Assembly: GCA_964631685.1 (NCBI GenBank)
Contig: CAZVZU010000001.1
Location: forward strand, 32,001-96,000
Origin: an uncultured Actinomycetes bacterium
GTDB lineage: Bacteria > SZUA-79 > Acidulodesulfobacterales > Acidulodesulfobacteraceae
Reading direction: 5' to 3'
Length of the DNA stretch: 64,000 nt
Of this stretch, positions 48,555 to 58,046 are shown in pieces. Every line of letters begins with the position of its first letter. Within the stretch, counting starts at the first letter, position 1. Below the pieces are notes generated by a model. The model saw nothing but the letters and a program-made list of their open reading frames with translations. It did not search any database and had not been told where the DNA came from. The translations under genes and the position numbers were made by a program.

Positions 48555-48992
48555 ATGACGTTCAAATTTCAAAATATATTAAATCATAGAAAGTTAATAT
48601 TAGACGGACACTTTATAGAATTATCAAAAATTCAGGATAAGTTAATAAAGATAAATTCAAAAATGGACAGTGTTGACAATTCTATAAATTATTACAAAGA
48701 AACCTTCTTAGAAAATACTTTAAATCTTACAAATATCAGGGATTACAACTTATTAGATGGCAGATACAAAGCCCTCTTGACTAAGATGGATAGCTTATTA
48801 AAAACGAAAGACTCTGTTTTGAAAGAGTTAGAGGATAAAAAAGTTCAGATTGTTAGGTCTAAAATGGAGTATGAAAAAATAGATAAGCTTAGAGAGAAGT
48901 ATCTCGCCATTGATAAGATAGCAGAATTAAAACGCGACGAAGCCATTGCAAACGATTTTGCCTCAAACCGTTTTAATCGGAACGAATATTAG
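48555..48992 (+). CDS. fliJ: Flagellar export protein FliJ
   Basis: MTFKFQNILNHRK start, coiled coil, EKIDKLREK...E....D; 145 aa. Confidence 0.75.
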   Translation: MTFKFQNILNHRKLILDGHFIELSKIQDKLIKINSKMDSVDNSINYYKETFLENTLNLTNIRDYNLLDGRYKALLTKMDSLLKTKDSVLKELEDKKVQIVRSKMEYEKIDKLREKYLAIDKIAELKRDEAIANDFASNRFNRNEY

Positions 48993-49042
48993 CTTTTTAC
49001 TGTTATTTATAATCTAAAAATAATATTATAAGTCTTCTTACT

Positions 49043-49426
49043 ATGGTTAAAGTTTTACGTCTCGTGTTTATAATGTTTATCATGTTATCTATAGTGCCGG
49101 TCAACGTTTTTGCCTCTGGGGTAAGCACTAAAAAAGATGAGATTAAAATTCTCGAAAAACAGATAAAGCTAGAGGTGGGCAAGTTAAAGAATATCGAATC
49201 CAAAATTAGCCATATAAAAACTGAGCAAAAGGCCAAGGTTAAGGGTCTCGTGATTCTGTATGCATCTATGGACCCAAAGAGCGCCGCCAATATTATACCA
49301 CGCATTAACAAAGGTGTTGCCGTATATATTCTTTCCCATATGTCTCCGAGATCTGCCTCGGCGATTATTTCCATGATGTCCGTCAAAAACGCGGTATTTT
49401 TTACAAATAGTATAGCTGGAAAATAA
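49043..49426 (+). CDS. MotE/YlxF-like (MgtE N-terminal/FliG-like) exported protein
   Basis: Signal-like N-terminus, coiled coil, LVILYASMDPKSAANII...ILSHMSPRSASAIISMM; follows fliJ. Confidence 0.75.
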   Translation: MVKVLRLVFIMFIMLSIVPVNVFASGVSTKKDEIKILEKQIKLEVGKLKNIESKISHIKTEQKAKVKGLVILYASMDPKSAANIIPRINKGVAVYILSHMSPRSASAIISMMSVKNAVFFTNSIAGK

Positions 49427-49437
49427 AATAATCCCTA

Positions 49438-49455
49438 CCGTCATAATAATGACGG
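49438..49455. promoter_or_regulatory. Palindrome, candidate enhancer-binding-protein site (or weak hairpin)
   Basis: CCGTCAT-AATA-ATGACGG with core GTCA-N6-TGAC, about 70 bp upstream of the fliL sigma54 promoter; no U-tract on the plus strand. Confidence 0.5.
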
Positions 49456-49521
49456 CGCATAAATATCGCTCATACCCCCTATCTTATTGGAATTAGGACG
49501 AAATTATTGTAAAATCATGAA

Positions 49522-49537
49522 TGGCATGAACATTGCT
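49522..49537 (+). promoter_or_regulatory. Sigma54 (-24/-12) promoter of fliL operon
   Basis: TGGCATGAACATTGCT (GG-N10-GC), about 105 bp upstream of fliL. Confidence 0.85.
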
Positions 49538-49642
49538 TGTATATTAACCAATGTGTGTTGTGTAAGGTTGATTGCACAAATAAATACAATAGATGAGAGG
49601 TGCATATGTCAAAGTTAATTATGTTAAGAGGTATGGTGAACA

Positions 49643-50197
49643 ATGGCTAAAAGAGCAGACAACGGACAGCTTAATATTGATAAAGACGGGGAAAATATTG
49701 ACGAAGATGATGCGGCAACTATTTCTCAGATGGGGTCGGTAGGTAAAAAAAGTGGTGGCTCCAAGAAACTTCTTGTAATGGTAATATCGACACTTATTGC
49801 GGGAGGAGGAGGGTTCGCGGGTTATCATTTTTTGTCTGCTAAAAACAAGACAAATAAAAAAACAGGAGAGGTAGTTGTTAAATCGCGAATCGCACCTGGC
49901 CATATGGTTGAACTTAAACCGTTTTTGACTAACCTTGCTGATAAAGATAGGACAGCTTATATAAAGGTTACGATGGTTATAGAACTCAGGCGTGGTGGGA
50001 ATGTTCCTCTTTTTAAACGGCTTACGCCGGAGATTAGGAACAATATAATTATGATTTTAAATTCCAAAACAACGGCCGGAATTAACACTCCCGACGGTAT
50101 AGTCTCTTTAAGGCATGAAATTGCAAGAGGTCTAAATAGAATTCTTGGAGCCGGTGCGGTTGTTGATGTTTATTTTAATAACTATTTAGTTCAATAA
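49643..50197 (+). CDS. fliL: Flagellar protein FliL
   Basis: Single TM with GGGG, PFLTNLAD...YIKV, IRNNII, VYFNNYLVQ. Confidence 0.93.
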   Translation: MAKRADNGQLNIDKDGENIDEDDAATISQMGSVGKKSGGSKKLLVMVISTLIAGGGGFAGYHFLSAKNKTNKKTGEVVVKSRIAPGHMVELKPFLTNLADKDRTAYIKVTMVIELRRGGNVPLFKRLTPEIRNNIIMILNSKTTAGINTPDGIVSLRHEIARGLNRILGAGAVVDVYFNNYLVQ

Positions 50198-50212
50198 AAT
50201 TGTGAATGAAAA

Positions 50213-51202
50213 ATGCCTGAAATTTTATCTCAAGAAGAAGTAAATGCTCTGCTTAAAGGGGTGTCCTCCGGTTCCATAGAAACAGAGGCAAAGGATGAAG
50301 TTGGGGAAGTCAGGCGATATGATATAACCTCGCAGGATAGGATTGTTAGGGGCAGAATGCCTACCTTAGAGATAATGAACGAGAGATTTGCCCGCCTTCT
50401 CAGAAACGAATTGACATCGTCACTGCGCAAGGTTGCCGAGATTACGGCAACCTCGGTAGATATGCAGAAGTTTGGGGAGTTCTTGAAGAATATTCCGCTT
50501 CCTACAAGTTTAACAATATTCAAGATGCCGCCACTTAGGGGCTATGGAATTTTTGTTCTTGATGCAAGATTAATATATAATTTGATTGATATTTTTTTTG
50601 GCGGAACTGCCGATTTGCATGTCAAGATAGAAGGTAGGGATTTTTCCCCAATAGAAAATAAGATAATCAGAAAAATAATAAACATGGCCTTCGATGCGAT
50701 GAATAAGGCATGGATGCCCGTTTCGCCCGTTGATGTAGAATTTCAAAGAAGCGAAATAAATCCTCAATTTGCAACGATTGTAACACCTACGGAGGTTGTT
50801 ATAGTCAATAGATTCGAGGTGGATATAGAGGGCGCAGTATCTAGATTTATGATTTGTATTCCGTATTCTATGATTGAACCTATAAAGGAAAAATTGTACA
50901 GCGGTTTTCAAAGCGAACATTTGGAAGTGGATCAAAGATGGATTGAAAGGTTCAAAGAAAGACTTAAGGAATCGGAACTTGACATTAGTGTCGAATTAGG
51001 TAAGGCTGAGATAAAGGCAAAAGATTTTTTGAAGATAAAAATAGGAGATGTTATTGTTTTGGATAAAGAAATAGACGAGCCGTTGGTTGTGGAATTTGAA
51101 AACATTCCCAAATTTGTGGCTTATCCAGGAAGAGTAGATAATCAAATTGCGGTAAAATTAATATCCGATATACCGGTTGGCAAAGAGGGCTATTATGAGT
51201 GA
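50213..51202 (+). CDS. fliM: Flagellar motor switch protein FliM
   Basis: [45 protein letters not shown]. Confidence 0.96.
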   Translation: MPEILSQEEVNALLKGVSSGSIETEAKDEVGEVRRYDITSQDRIVRGRMPTLEIMNERFARLLRNELTSSLRKVAEITATSVDMQKFGEFLKNIPLPTSLTIFKMPPLRGYGIFVLDARLIYNLIDIFFGGTADLHVKIEGRDFSPIENKIIRKIINMAFDAMNKAWMPVSPVDVEFQRSEINPQFATIVTPTEVVIVNRFEVDIEGAVSRFMICIPYSMIEPIKEKLYSGFQSEHLEVDQRWIERFKERLKESELDISVELGKAEIKAKDFLKIKIGDVIVLDKEIDEPLVVEFENIPKFVAYPGRVDNQIAVKLISDIPVGKEGYYE

Positions 51203-51824
51203 AATTGAAACAGATGAGAAAATTAATAATCCTGAGCAGCATGAAAAAGTTACACAAGATGTTCAATCTCAACAGGATACGGAGGCTCAAAAAGATATTC
51301 AGTCTCAAGGGGATGAAAATGAAGACCCCAAAGAGCATGACGATGGTGGTATTAGTTGGGATGATGCTTTTAAGGAGGAAGCCGATGCTGATAAGGTACC
51401 GGAAAAAGATTCTTCCACGGCCGTCGAAACAAAAAAACAGAATGAGGATAATTTAACTTCTAAGGTTGAAGAATCCACCGAAATCCCAAAAGATAAAAGC
51501 GCAAAGAAGCCTGTTACGAAGGTGGAGTTTTCCCAATTTGATGAATCGGACAAGACAACAGAAGCACCTAAAAATCTAGATTTCATTCTTGATATTCCGC
51601 TCACTATATCGGTTGAACTAGGCAGGACAAAGATGGTTATAAACGATATGCTTCAATTAGGACAGGGCTCAGTGATAGAGCTTGAGAAATTAGCCGGAGA
51701 ACCGCTTGATGTTTATGTTAATGGTAAATTAATGGCGCGGGGAGAGGTCGTTCTGGTAAACGATAAATTTGGTGTTCGGCTTACCGATATTATTAGTCCC
51801 GCAGAGAGAATTAAAAGATTATGA
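51195..51824 (+). CDS. fliN: Flagellar motor switch protein FliN with acidic N-terminal extension
   Basis: [44 protein letters not shown] 51195 overlaps the fliM end. Confidence 0.94.
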   Translation: MSEIETDEKINNPEQHEKVTQDVQSQQDTEAQKDIQSQGDENEDPKEHDDGGISWDDAFKEEADADKVPEKDSSTAVETKKQNEDNLTSKVEESTEIPKDKSAKKPVTKVEFSQFDESDKTTEAPKNLDFILDIPLTISVELGRTKMVINDMLQLGQGSVIELEKLAGEPLDVYVNGKLMARGEVVLVNDKFGVRLTDIISPAERIKRL

Positions 51825-53008
51825 ATAAAGCATCTAACAACTGTTTTTTTTTGTTTTTTGTATCCATATTAGTGGGGATAGCTATTTTTGCCGGGTGTAT
51901 TAAGTTTACTTATGCTGTAGGCACCAGTAAAAATTTATATCTGGAAAATATATCAGTTTCAAAAAAAGGTGATAGCTACTTTATTTGGTTTAAATTTAAC
52001 GGTAAGCCCAATAGTATTATCCCAAAATATTCATTAAATAATTATAGCCTTAAGCTTGCCTTTAGAAATACATACATACTTTCGGGCTCTAAATTTATAA
52101 AATTTAACAATAGGTTATTCAGGGGGATAGAGCTGACATCTCTAAAAAATTTAAATTTAAACGCAATAGTGTTTTTCAATAAGGGCGTTAAGATAAGCAT
52201 GAGCGATGTTAGGAGCTCCTTTTATGGTAACTACTTTATAATTAGCATTTCGCATAAGTTTGCAACAGGTTTTTTTAAAAATGTAGGAAAAAAACTTGTT
52301 GCATCAAGTTTCTCGAAACGCGCTCGCCCACTTTCTTTGAAACCGGCATTTAAAGGTAAGGATAATTTTAATGCGGGCTTAGAAGTGGTTAAAACGGTCT
52401 TATATTTAGCATTAATCCTTGGCTTGATTTATGTTATATATTTTTTCCTACTTAAGTTTAAAGGGAAAATTACGACAAAGAAAGACTTAAATAATTTAAA
52501 AATTGTATCCTCATTAAATTTGGGAAATAAAAAATCTATTCTCCTTATAGAGGTCAATGGAGAACTTTTTCTTGTCGGTGTATATAGTTCTGGAATTCAA
52601 GTTATAGGCCATATTGAAGATCTAAAATCTAAATCGTTAGATGCTGAAGATAATAAAACCAGCGAATACAAAGATATTTCATTTGGTGGACGGTCAAGCA
52701 ATGAAATTAGTGAACCATACACATCAACTCGAAATATTGGTGCTGATAAGAGTGCTATGTCCGGATTAGGACAAAAACTAAGTGGCGGTTTCGCAAAGGT
52801 TTTAAAAAATAGGATAAATGCGAAAGAGGGTGTAGATGTCAATATAGGTGCCCAATCGGATTTTAATAAGCATGATATGGAAAACACTTATAAGGTGAAA
52901 AATATTTCGGAATCACGGTTTAAAAATAAGGCGGATAATGTATTTTTTGACATAGAAGAAAGATTGAAAGGTTTAATAGAAAATGATGGAAATATTAACA
53001 AAATTTAA
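51821..53008 (+). CDS. fliO: FliO-family protein with large N-terminal exported domain
   Basis: Between fliN and fliP; TM then [29 protein letters not shown]. Confidence 0.8.
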   Translation: MNKASNNCFFLFFVSILVGIAIFAGCIKFTYAVGTSKNLYLENISVSKKGDSYFIWFKFNGKPNSIIPKYSLNNYSLKLAFRNTYILSGSKFIKFNNRLFRGIELTSLKNLNLNAIVFFNKGVKISMSDVRSSFYGNYFIISISHKFATGFFKNVGKKLVASSFSKRARPLSLKPAFKGKDNFNAGLEVVKTVLYLALILGLIYVIYFFLLKFKGKITTKKDLNNLKIVSSLNLGNKKSILLIEVNGELFLVGVYSSGIQVIGHIEDLKSKSLDAEDNKTSEYKDISFGGRSSNEISEPYTSTRNIGADKSAMSGLGQKLSGGFAKVLKNRINAKEGVDVNIGAQSDFNKHDMENTYKVKNISESRFKNKADNVFFDIEERLKGLIENDGNINKI

Positions 53009-53693
53009 GAATACAAGCTTACTAGCTTTACCCGCAATAACAATGACGGGACATCCGCATCATTCGGAAGTTTCGATGCTTATCCAGATACTCCTTATCT
53101 TCACAGTAATATCCATTGCGCCGTCCATTTTGATAATGATGACATCGTTTATACGGATAGTTGTGGTTTTGTCATTCTTAAGGACATCCTTAGGCCTTAC
53201 AACAGAACCGCCTAATCAGGTAATAATCGGTTTAAGTCTGTTTCTTACTTTCTTTGTAATGGCACCAGTGATAAACAATGTATATAAGAATGCCTATATA
53301 CCATATACAAAGAAGGAGATAGGAATAAACAAGGCTTACAAAGAGGGATTGAAGCCGATTAGGCATTTTATGTTAAAACAGACACGTATGAAAGATCTGG
53401 AGTTGTTTGTTAAAATGTCCAAGATAAAGCATATAGCATCTCCTAATAAAGTTCCGACATATGTTCTTATTCCGGCATTTATTACAAGCGAGTTAACTAC
53501 TGCATTTGAGATAAGTTTTCTTATATATTTACCTTTTTTGGTCATAGATTTGGTGGTTTCAAGTCTTTTGATGTCTATGGGAATGCTTATGTTGCCCCCG
53601 ACTATGATATCGCTTCCATTTAAGCTTATGCTTTTTGTCTTGGTAAACGGATGGTACTTGGTTATCGGCTCATTAATTCAAAGCTTTAAATAA
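52983..53693 (+). CDS. fliP: Flagellar export gate protein FliP
   Basis: MMTSFIRI, PPNQV, PAFITSEL, MGMLMLPP..ISLPFK, NGW. Confidence 0.96.
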   Translation: MMEILTKFKNTSLLALPAITMTGHPHHSEVSMLIQILLIFTVISIAPSILIMMTSFIRIVVVLSFLRTSLGLTTEPPNQVIIGLSLFLTFFVMAPVINNVYKNAYIPYTKKEIGINKAYKEGLKPIRHFMLKQTRMKDLELFVKMSKIKHIASPNKVPTYVLIPAFITSELTTAFEISFLIYLPFLVIDLVVSSLLMSMGMLMLPPTMISLPFKLMLFVLVNGWYLVIGSLIQSFK

Positions 53694-53711
53694 AAAATGT
53701 TTAGGTGAAAA

Positions 53712-53990
53712 ATGACCGTAGGATTCGTTAATTTTATAATACAAAAGATGATAATGACAGTTCTTTACCTAAGTGCGCCACCGCTTATCGCTAGCCTTGT
53801 CATCGGCATATTAATAAGCGTGTTTCAGGCGGTAACACAACTTCAAGACCAGACGCTTACCTTTGTCCCTAAAATTATAGTAGTCATAGTAGTTTTATTG
53901 ATTTTTGGACCATGGATGTTGAGCATACTAGTAAATTTTACAGATGAGATTTTTTTACATTTCCCCATGTATATACGAGGAGGTGGCTAA
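53712..53990 (+). CDS. fliQ: Flagellar export gate protein FliQ
   Basis: FQAVTQLQDQTLTFVPK, GPWM. Confidence 0.96.
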   Translation: MTVGFVNFIIQKMIMTVLYLSAPPLIASLVIGILISVFQAVTQLQDQTLTFVPKIIVVIVVLLIFGPWMLSILVNFTDEIFLHFPMYIRGGG

Positions 53991-53996
53991 TTTAAA

Positions 53997-54785
53997 ATGA
54001 TAGTTATTCATCAATATCTTCTTATAGAGTTTATCCTGATTTTTTTTAGGGTAATTGCGATTATAGTTATTATGCCTTTTGTCGGCAGTTCTGCTGTTCC
54101 CAACTGGGCAAAAATAGGAATGGCTTTTTTTATCTCTTTAACCATCTATCCTTTGATTGCTAAAACCCAAATGATTCCCCAAATATCGCTTCCGATGATA
54201 GTTTTGCTAATTTTTTCTCAAGTATTAATAGGGCTTATTCTAGGATTTTTGGTTCTTATAATTTTTACAGGGGTTGAGTTAGCCGGTCAGTTTATGGGGC
54301 TGCAGATAGGTTTTGGAATGATAAGCCTCTTGAATCCTCTGAGCCCGGATCAGCAACAGGTTTCCCTTACCGCAAACATGCAAAATTTCATAGCATTAAT
54401 GATTTTTATAGAAACATCTGCTTTTTTCTTTATTATTGAGGGATTATATAAAAGCTTTGAGACTATTCCTATAACTTTTATACGTTTCTCTCCCTCTATT
54501 TTTAAATATTTGGTTTTAAGGGCTGCCGATATCTTTACGATAGGTTTTGAATTAAGCATTCCAGTTGTAATTGTAGCTATTTTACTAAATGTGATTATAG
54601 CTTTAATGGGAAGATTAGCCCCGCAGTTTAATATTTTTGCGGTTGGTTTTCCTATAACTATATTCGTAGGGCTTTATATTTTGTATTTCGCAGAGCCTTA
54701 TTTTGCTAATTATATGTTAAAGTCTTTTGTGAATCTAAGATTTGAGTTTTATCGCATAATAAATTCTTTTTTATTGTTAAGTTGA
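53997..54785 (+). CDS. fliR: Flagellar export gate protein FliR
   Basis: Multi-TM, AGQFMGLQIGFG, RLAPQFNIFAVGFP. Confidence 0.94.
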   Translation: MIVIHQYLLIEFILIFFRVIAIIVIMPFVGSSAVPNWAKIGMAFFISLTIYPLIAKTQMIPQISLPMIVLLIFSQVLIGLILGFLVLIIFTGVELAGQFMGLQIGFGMISLLNPLSPDQQQVSLTANMQNFIALMIFIETSAFFFIIEGLYKSFETIPITFIRFSPSIFKYLVLRAADIFTIGFELSIPVVIVAILLNVIIALMGRLAPQFNIFAVGFPITIFVGLYILYFAEPYFANYMLKSFVNLRFEFYRIINSFLLLS

Positions 54786-54854
54786 TTGAATTTTAAGGTA
54801 AATTAAAAAACACACATAATTTCCCGTTCTGACGGGATAGTGAAGGTAAGAGAT

Positions 54855-55940
54855 ATGGCAGAAGACCAATTCGATAAAACGGAACCAGCGACCCCTAAAA
54901 GAATACAAGAGTCCAGAGAGAAAGGACAGACGATGAAATCACGGGAGGTGAACACTACCTTCATGCTTATCGCTGTGTTAGTCTATCTGTATTTTAATAT
55001 CTCTTCTATTGGTAATACTATAATTTCCGAGTTGGTCTATTTTTTATCGGATTCTTTTTCTATTCACTTGGGGTACGCTTCAACTATAAAGATATTGTAT
55101 CACATGATTTATCTTGTAACCTTTGCAATCCTTCCGTTTATTCTATTAGTTTTTTTTTCAGCCATAGTTTCAAATCTGTCTCAGGTAGGTTTTCTTTTTA
55201 CATTAGAACCGTTGATTCCTGATTTTAAGAGAATAGACCCTGTTTCAGGGGTAAAAAGATTCTTTTCGTTCCAGTCCGTTAACGAATTGTTTAAATCTGT
55301 TTTTAAATTTTTTCTTTTAGCTATAGTAACTTATTTTACATGCGCTGGGTATATAAAGAAAATTTTCGTCTTACAATATACCGGACCGTCTTATGCTTTA
55401 CTGTTTACTTTCGAGCTTCTCTATAAGATATTTTTTAATATTATATTCATAATGATCGTTTTGAGTATTATTGATTTTTTCGTACAAAGATATCAATACA
55501 ATAAAGGTCTTATGATGTCCAAACAGGAGATCAAAGATGAGACGAAACAATATGAAGGGAATCCGCAGGTAAAGGGTAGGATAAGAAAGATGCAAAGAGA
55601 GATAGCAAGAAGGAAAATATTAAAGGAAGTCAAAAAAGCGCATGTTATCATAACCAATCCAACACATTTTGCGGTAGCGATTAAGTATGACAATGAACAA
55701 TATAATGCTCCTATCGTAGTTGCAAAAGGAGCGGATAATTTGGCATTTTTGATAAAAAAAATTGCGTTAGAAAGTGATATCCCGATGGTTGAAAATAAAT
55801 ATATCGCGAGGGTGCTTTACGATGTGTGTGAACCCGGACAATTGATACCTGAAAATTTGTATAAGGCCGTAGCTGAAATACTTGCACATTTATATCTTAC
55901 TGATAAAAAATTTAAAGGAATATGGAGGGGGATTAATTAA
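54855..55940 (+). CDS. flhB: Flagellar export switch protein FlhB
   Basis: KTEPATPKR..SREKGQ, EGNPQVK, intact NPTH cleavage motif, VAKG; ATG 54855. Confidence 0.96.
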   Translation: MAEDQFDKTEPATPKRIQESREKGQTMKSREVNTTFMLIAVLVYLYFNISSIGNTIISELVYFLSDSFSIHLGYASTIKILYHMIYLVTFAILPFILLVFFSAIVSNLSQVGFLFTLEPLIPDFKRIDPVSGVKRFFSFQSVNELFKSVFKFFLLAIVTYFTCAGYIKKIFVLQYTGPSYALLFTFELLYKIFFNIIFIMIVLSIIDFFVQRYQYNKGLMMSKQEIKDETKQYEGNPQVKGRIRKMQREIARRKILKEVKKAHVIITNPTHFAVAIKYDNEQYNAPIVVAKGADNLAFLIKKIALESDIPMVENKYIARVLYDVCEPGQLIPENLYKAVAEILAHLYLTDKKFKGIWRGIN

Positions 55941-55943
55941 GCA

Positions 55944-58046
55944 ATGAGTAGCCGCGTTCAATCTGCCCCCACTTCGGGCAATTTTATACTAAAAAATTCC
56001 GATGTGATATTGGCGTTACTTTTTATGACGGTAATTATCCTTATGGTTGTTCCAATAACCACATGGATGCTTGATATATTTTTGACTTTTTCTATATCTT
56101 TTTCAATAGTTATACTAATTATTTCTCTGTATATATCGAGACCGCTGGAATTTTCAGTATTTCCAACCATACTTTTAGTAGCTACCCTTTTTAGATTAGC
56201 CCTTGAGATAGCTGCGACCCGGTTAATATTGCTATACGGGTATAAGGGTTCGGATGCTGCCGGTATAGTAATTGAGTCATTCGGAAAGTTTGTGGTAGGC
56301 GGAAACTATGCTGTCGGTATAGTTATCTTTATTATTTTTATCGTAATTAATTTCTTAGTTATAACAAAAGGCGCGACAAGAGTGGCGGAAGTAACGGCTA
56401 GGTTTACATTAGACGCTTTGCCCGGCAAGCAAATGTCCATTGATGCAGAACTTAATTCCGGTTTCATAAGTGAGGAAGAGGCAAGAAATAAGAGGCTTGA
56501 TTTAACAAGGGAGGTTGATTTTTACGGGTCAATGGATGGTGCTAGTAAATTTGTCAGGGGCGATGTAATTGCTGCTATAATTATAATAATTGTAAATATT
56601 ATAGGCGGACTCTTAATCGGTATCTTTCAACATCATTTATCTATAGTAAAAGCGGCATCTGAATATACCCTGCTCACAGTTGGAGAGGGACTTGTCGCTC
56701 AGATTCCTTCATTGATAGTTGCGATGTCGAGTGGTATAATAATCACTCGGGCGACGGGAGAAAGTAATCTTTCAAGAGAGTTTTCGTCCCAATTTTTGTC
56801 TAATCCAAGGGCTTTATACACGACAAGTGGCATTCTTTTGTTTTTCGGCATTATTCCTGGTCTTCCGCATTGGCCATTTATCCTTTTTGCTACCCTTGCA
56901 GCCATCATAGCGTACGTAGTCTCTAGGGAAATTGGGAAAAAGAAAACAGAATTAAGCAAGAAAAAGTTTGAGGAAAAGAAGCATATTCCCGAGTCTCAAA
57001 TCATAGAAAGTGTTATGCAGATAGATATTCTTGAGCTTGAGGTTGGTTACGGGCTCATCTCTTATGTAGATTCGTCAAAAAACGGAGAACTCTTGGAAAG
57101 AATTAAGGGGATAAGGAAACAACTAGCACAAGATTTAGGAATTATAGTTCCCCCAATTCACATTAAAGATAATCTTAATTTAAAGCCCAATGAATATCTG
57201 TTTCTGATTAAGGGCGTGGAAGTTGCAAAATACGAGGTTATGCCCAATAAATTTCTCGCAATGAATCCCGGGAATGTAACGGAAAATGTTTCAGGTACGG
57301 TTACAAATGAACCGGCATTTAATCTTCCAGCGTTATGGATAGACGAGAGCATGAAACAAAAGGCGCAGATGGCGGGTTGGACGGTTGTAGAGATACCATC
57401 TGTTATTGCAACTCATATAATCGAAATAATAAAGGCAAATGCATCTGAACTTCTTACAAGGCTGGATGTTCAAAAACTTCTGGACATACTGTCCGCTAGA
57501 TATCCTAAGATAGTGGATGATTTAATTCCAAATATTTTATCCTTAAGCACTGTCCAAAATGTTCTGGAAAATTTACTAGCAGAGGGGGTTTCTATCAAGG
57601 ATATGCTCACTATAGTAGAGGCTCTTCATAATCATGGTCCAAATATTAAGGATCCCGTGCTACTGACCGAATATGTTAGGGCGGCACTAAAGAGAACTAT
57701 AACCAGAATGGTCATAGGATCGGATAATATGGTTAGGCCGTTAATTCTGGGAAAAAATTTTGAATCTTTTATTATTAATGAATATAAAAATACAAAAGAA
57801 CAAGGTGGACACCCAGGCTTTGACCAATCTTATTACAATAAAATAATTACGGCAGTCAAAGAAGGTGTAAAAAAATCCGCAGAACTTGGTTTGTCGCCTG
57901 TTGTGCTGACTTCACCTCAAATAAGGTTGTTTTTGAAAAATGTTTTAAGTGAAATAGTGCAGGGTATAACCGTTGTTTCTACAAATGAAATGTCGCCTAA
58001 CACTAAAATAAAACCGCTGGGGAATATAGAAATTTATGCAGATTAA
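55944..58046 (+). CDS. flhA: Flagellar export protein FlhA
   Basis: RVAEVTARFTLDALPGKQMSIDA, FYGSMDGASKFVRGD, LEVGYGLI. Confidence 0.97.
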   Translation: MSSRVQSAPTSGNFILKNSDVILALLFMTVIILMVVPITTWMLDIFLTFSISFSIVILIISLYISRPLEFSVFPTILLVATLFRLALEIAATRLILLYGYKGSDAAGIVIESFGKFVVGGNYAVGIVIFIIFIVINFLVITKGATRVAEVTARFTLDALPGKQMSIDAELNSGFISEEEARNKRLDLTREVDFYGSMDGASKFVRGDVIAAIIIIIVNIIGGLLIGIFQHHLSIVKAASEYTLLTVGEGLVAQIPSLIVAMSSGIIITRATGESNLSREFSSQFLSNPRALYTTSGILLFFGIIPGLPHWPFILFATLAAIIAYVVSREIGKKKTELSKKKFEEKKHIPESQIIESVMQIDILELEVGYGLISYVDSSKNGELLERIKGIRKQLAQDLGIIVPPIHIKDNLNLKPNEYLFLIKGVEVAKYEVMPNKFLAMNPGNVTENVSGTVTNEPAFNLPALWIDESMKQKAQMAGWTVVEIPSVIATHIIEIIKANASELLTRLDVQKLLDILSARYPKIVDDLIPNILSLSTVQNVLENLLAEGVSIKDMLTIVEALHNHGPNIKDPVLLTEYVRAALKRTITRMVIGSDNMVRPLILGKNFESFIINEYKNTKEQGGHPGFDQSYYNKIITAVKEGVKKSAELGLSPVVLTSPQIRLFLKNVLSEIVQGITVVSTNEMSPNTKIKPLGNIEIYAD

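Noticed and set aside
54822..54837. TCCCGT-TCTG-ACGGGA palindrome between fliR and flhB
   Set aside because: No U-tract and no nearby sigma54 element; single short occurrence with no assignable function
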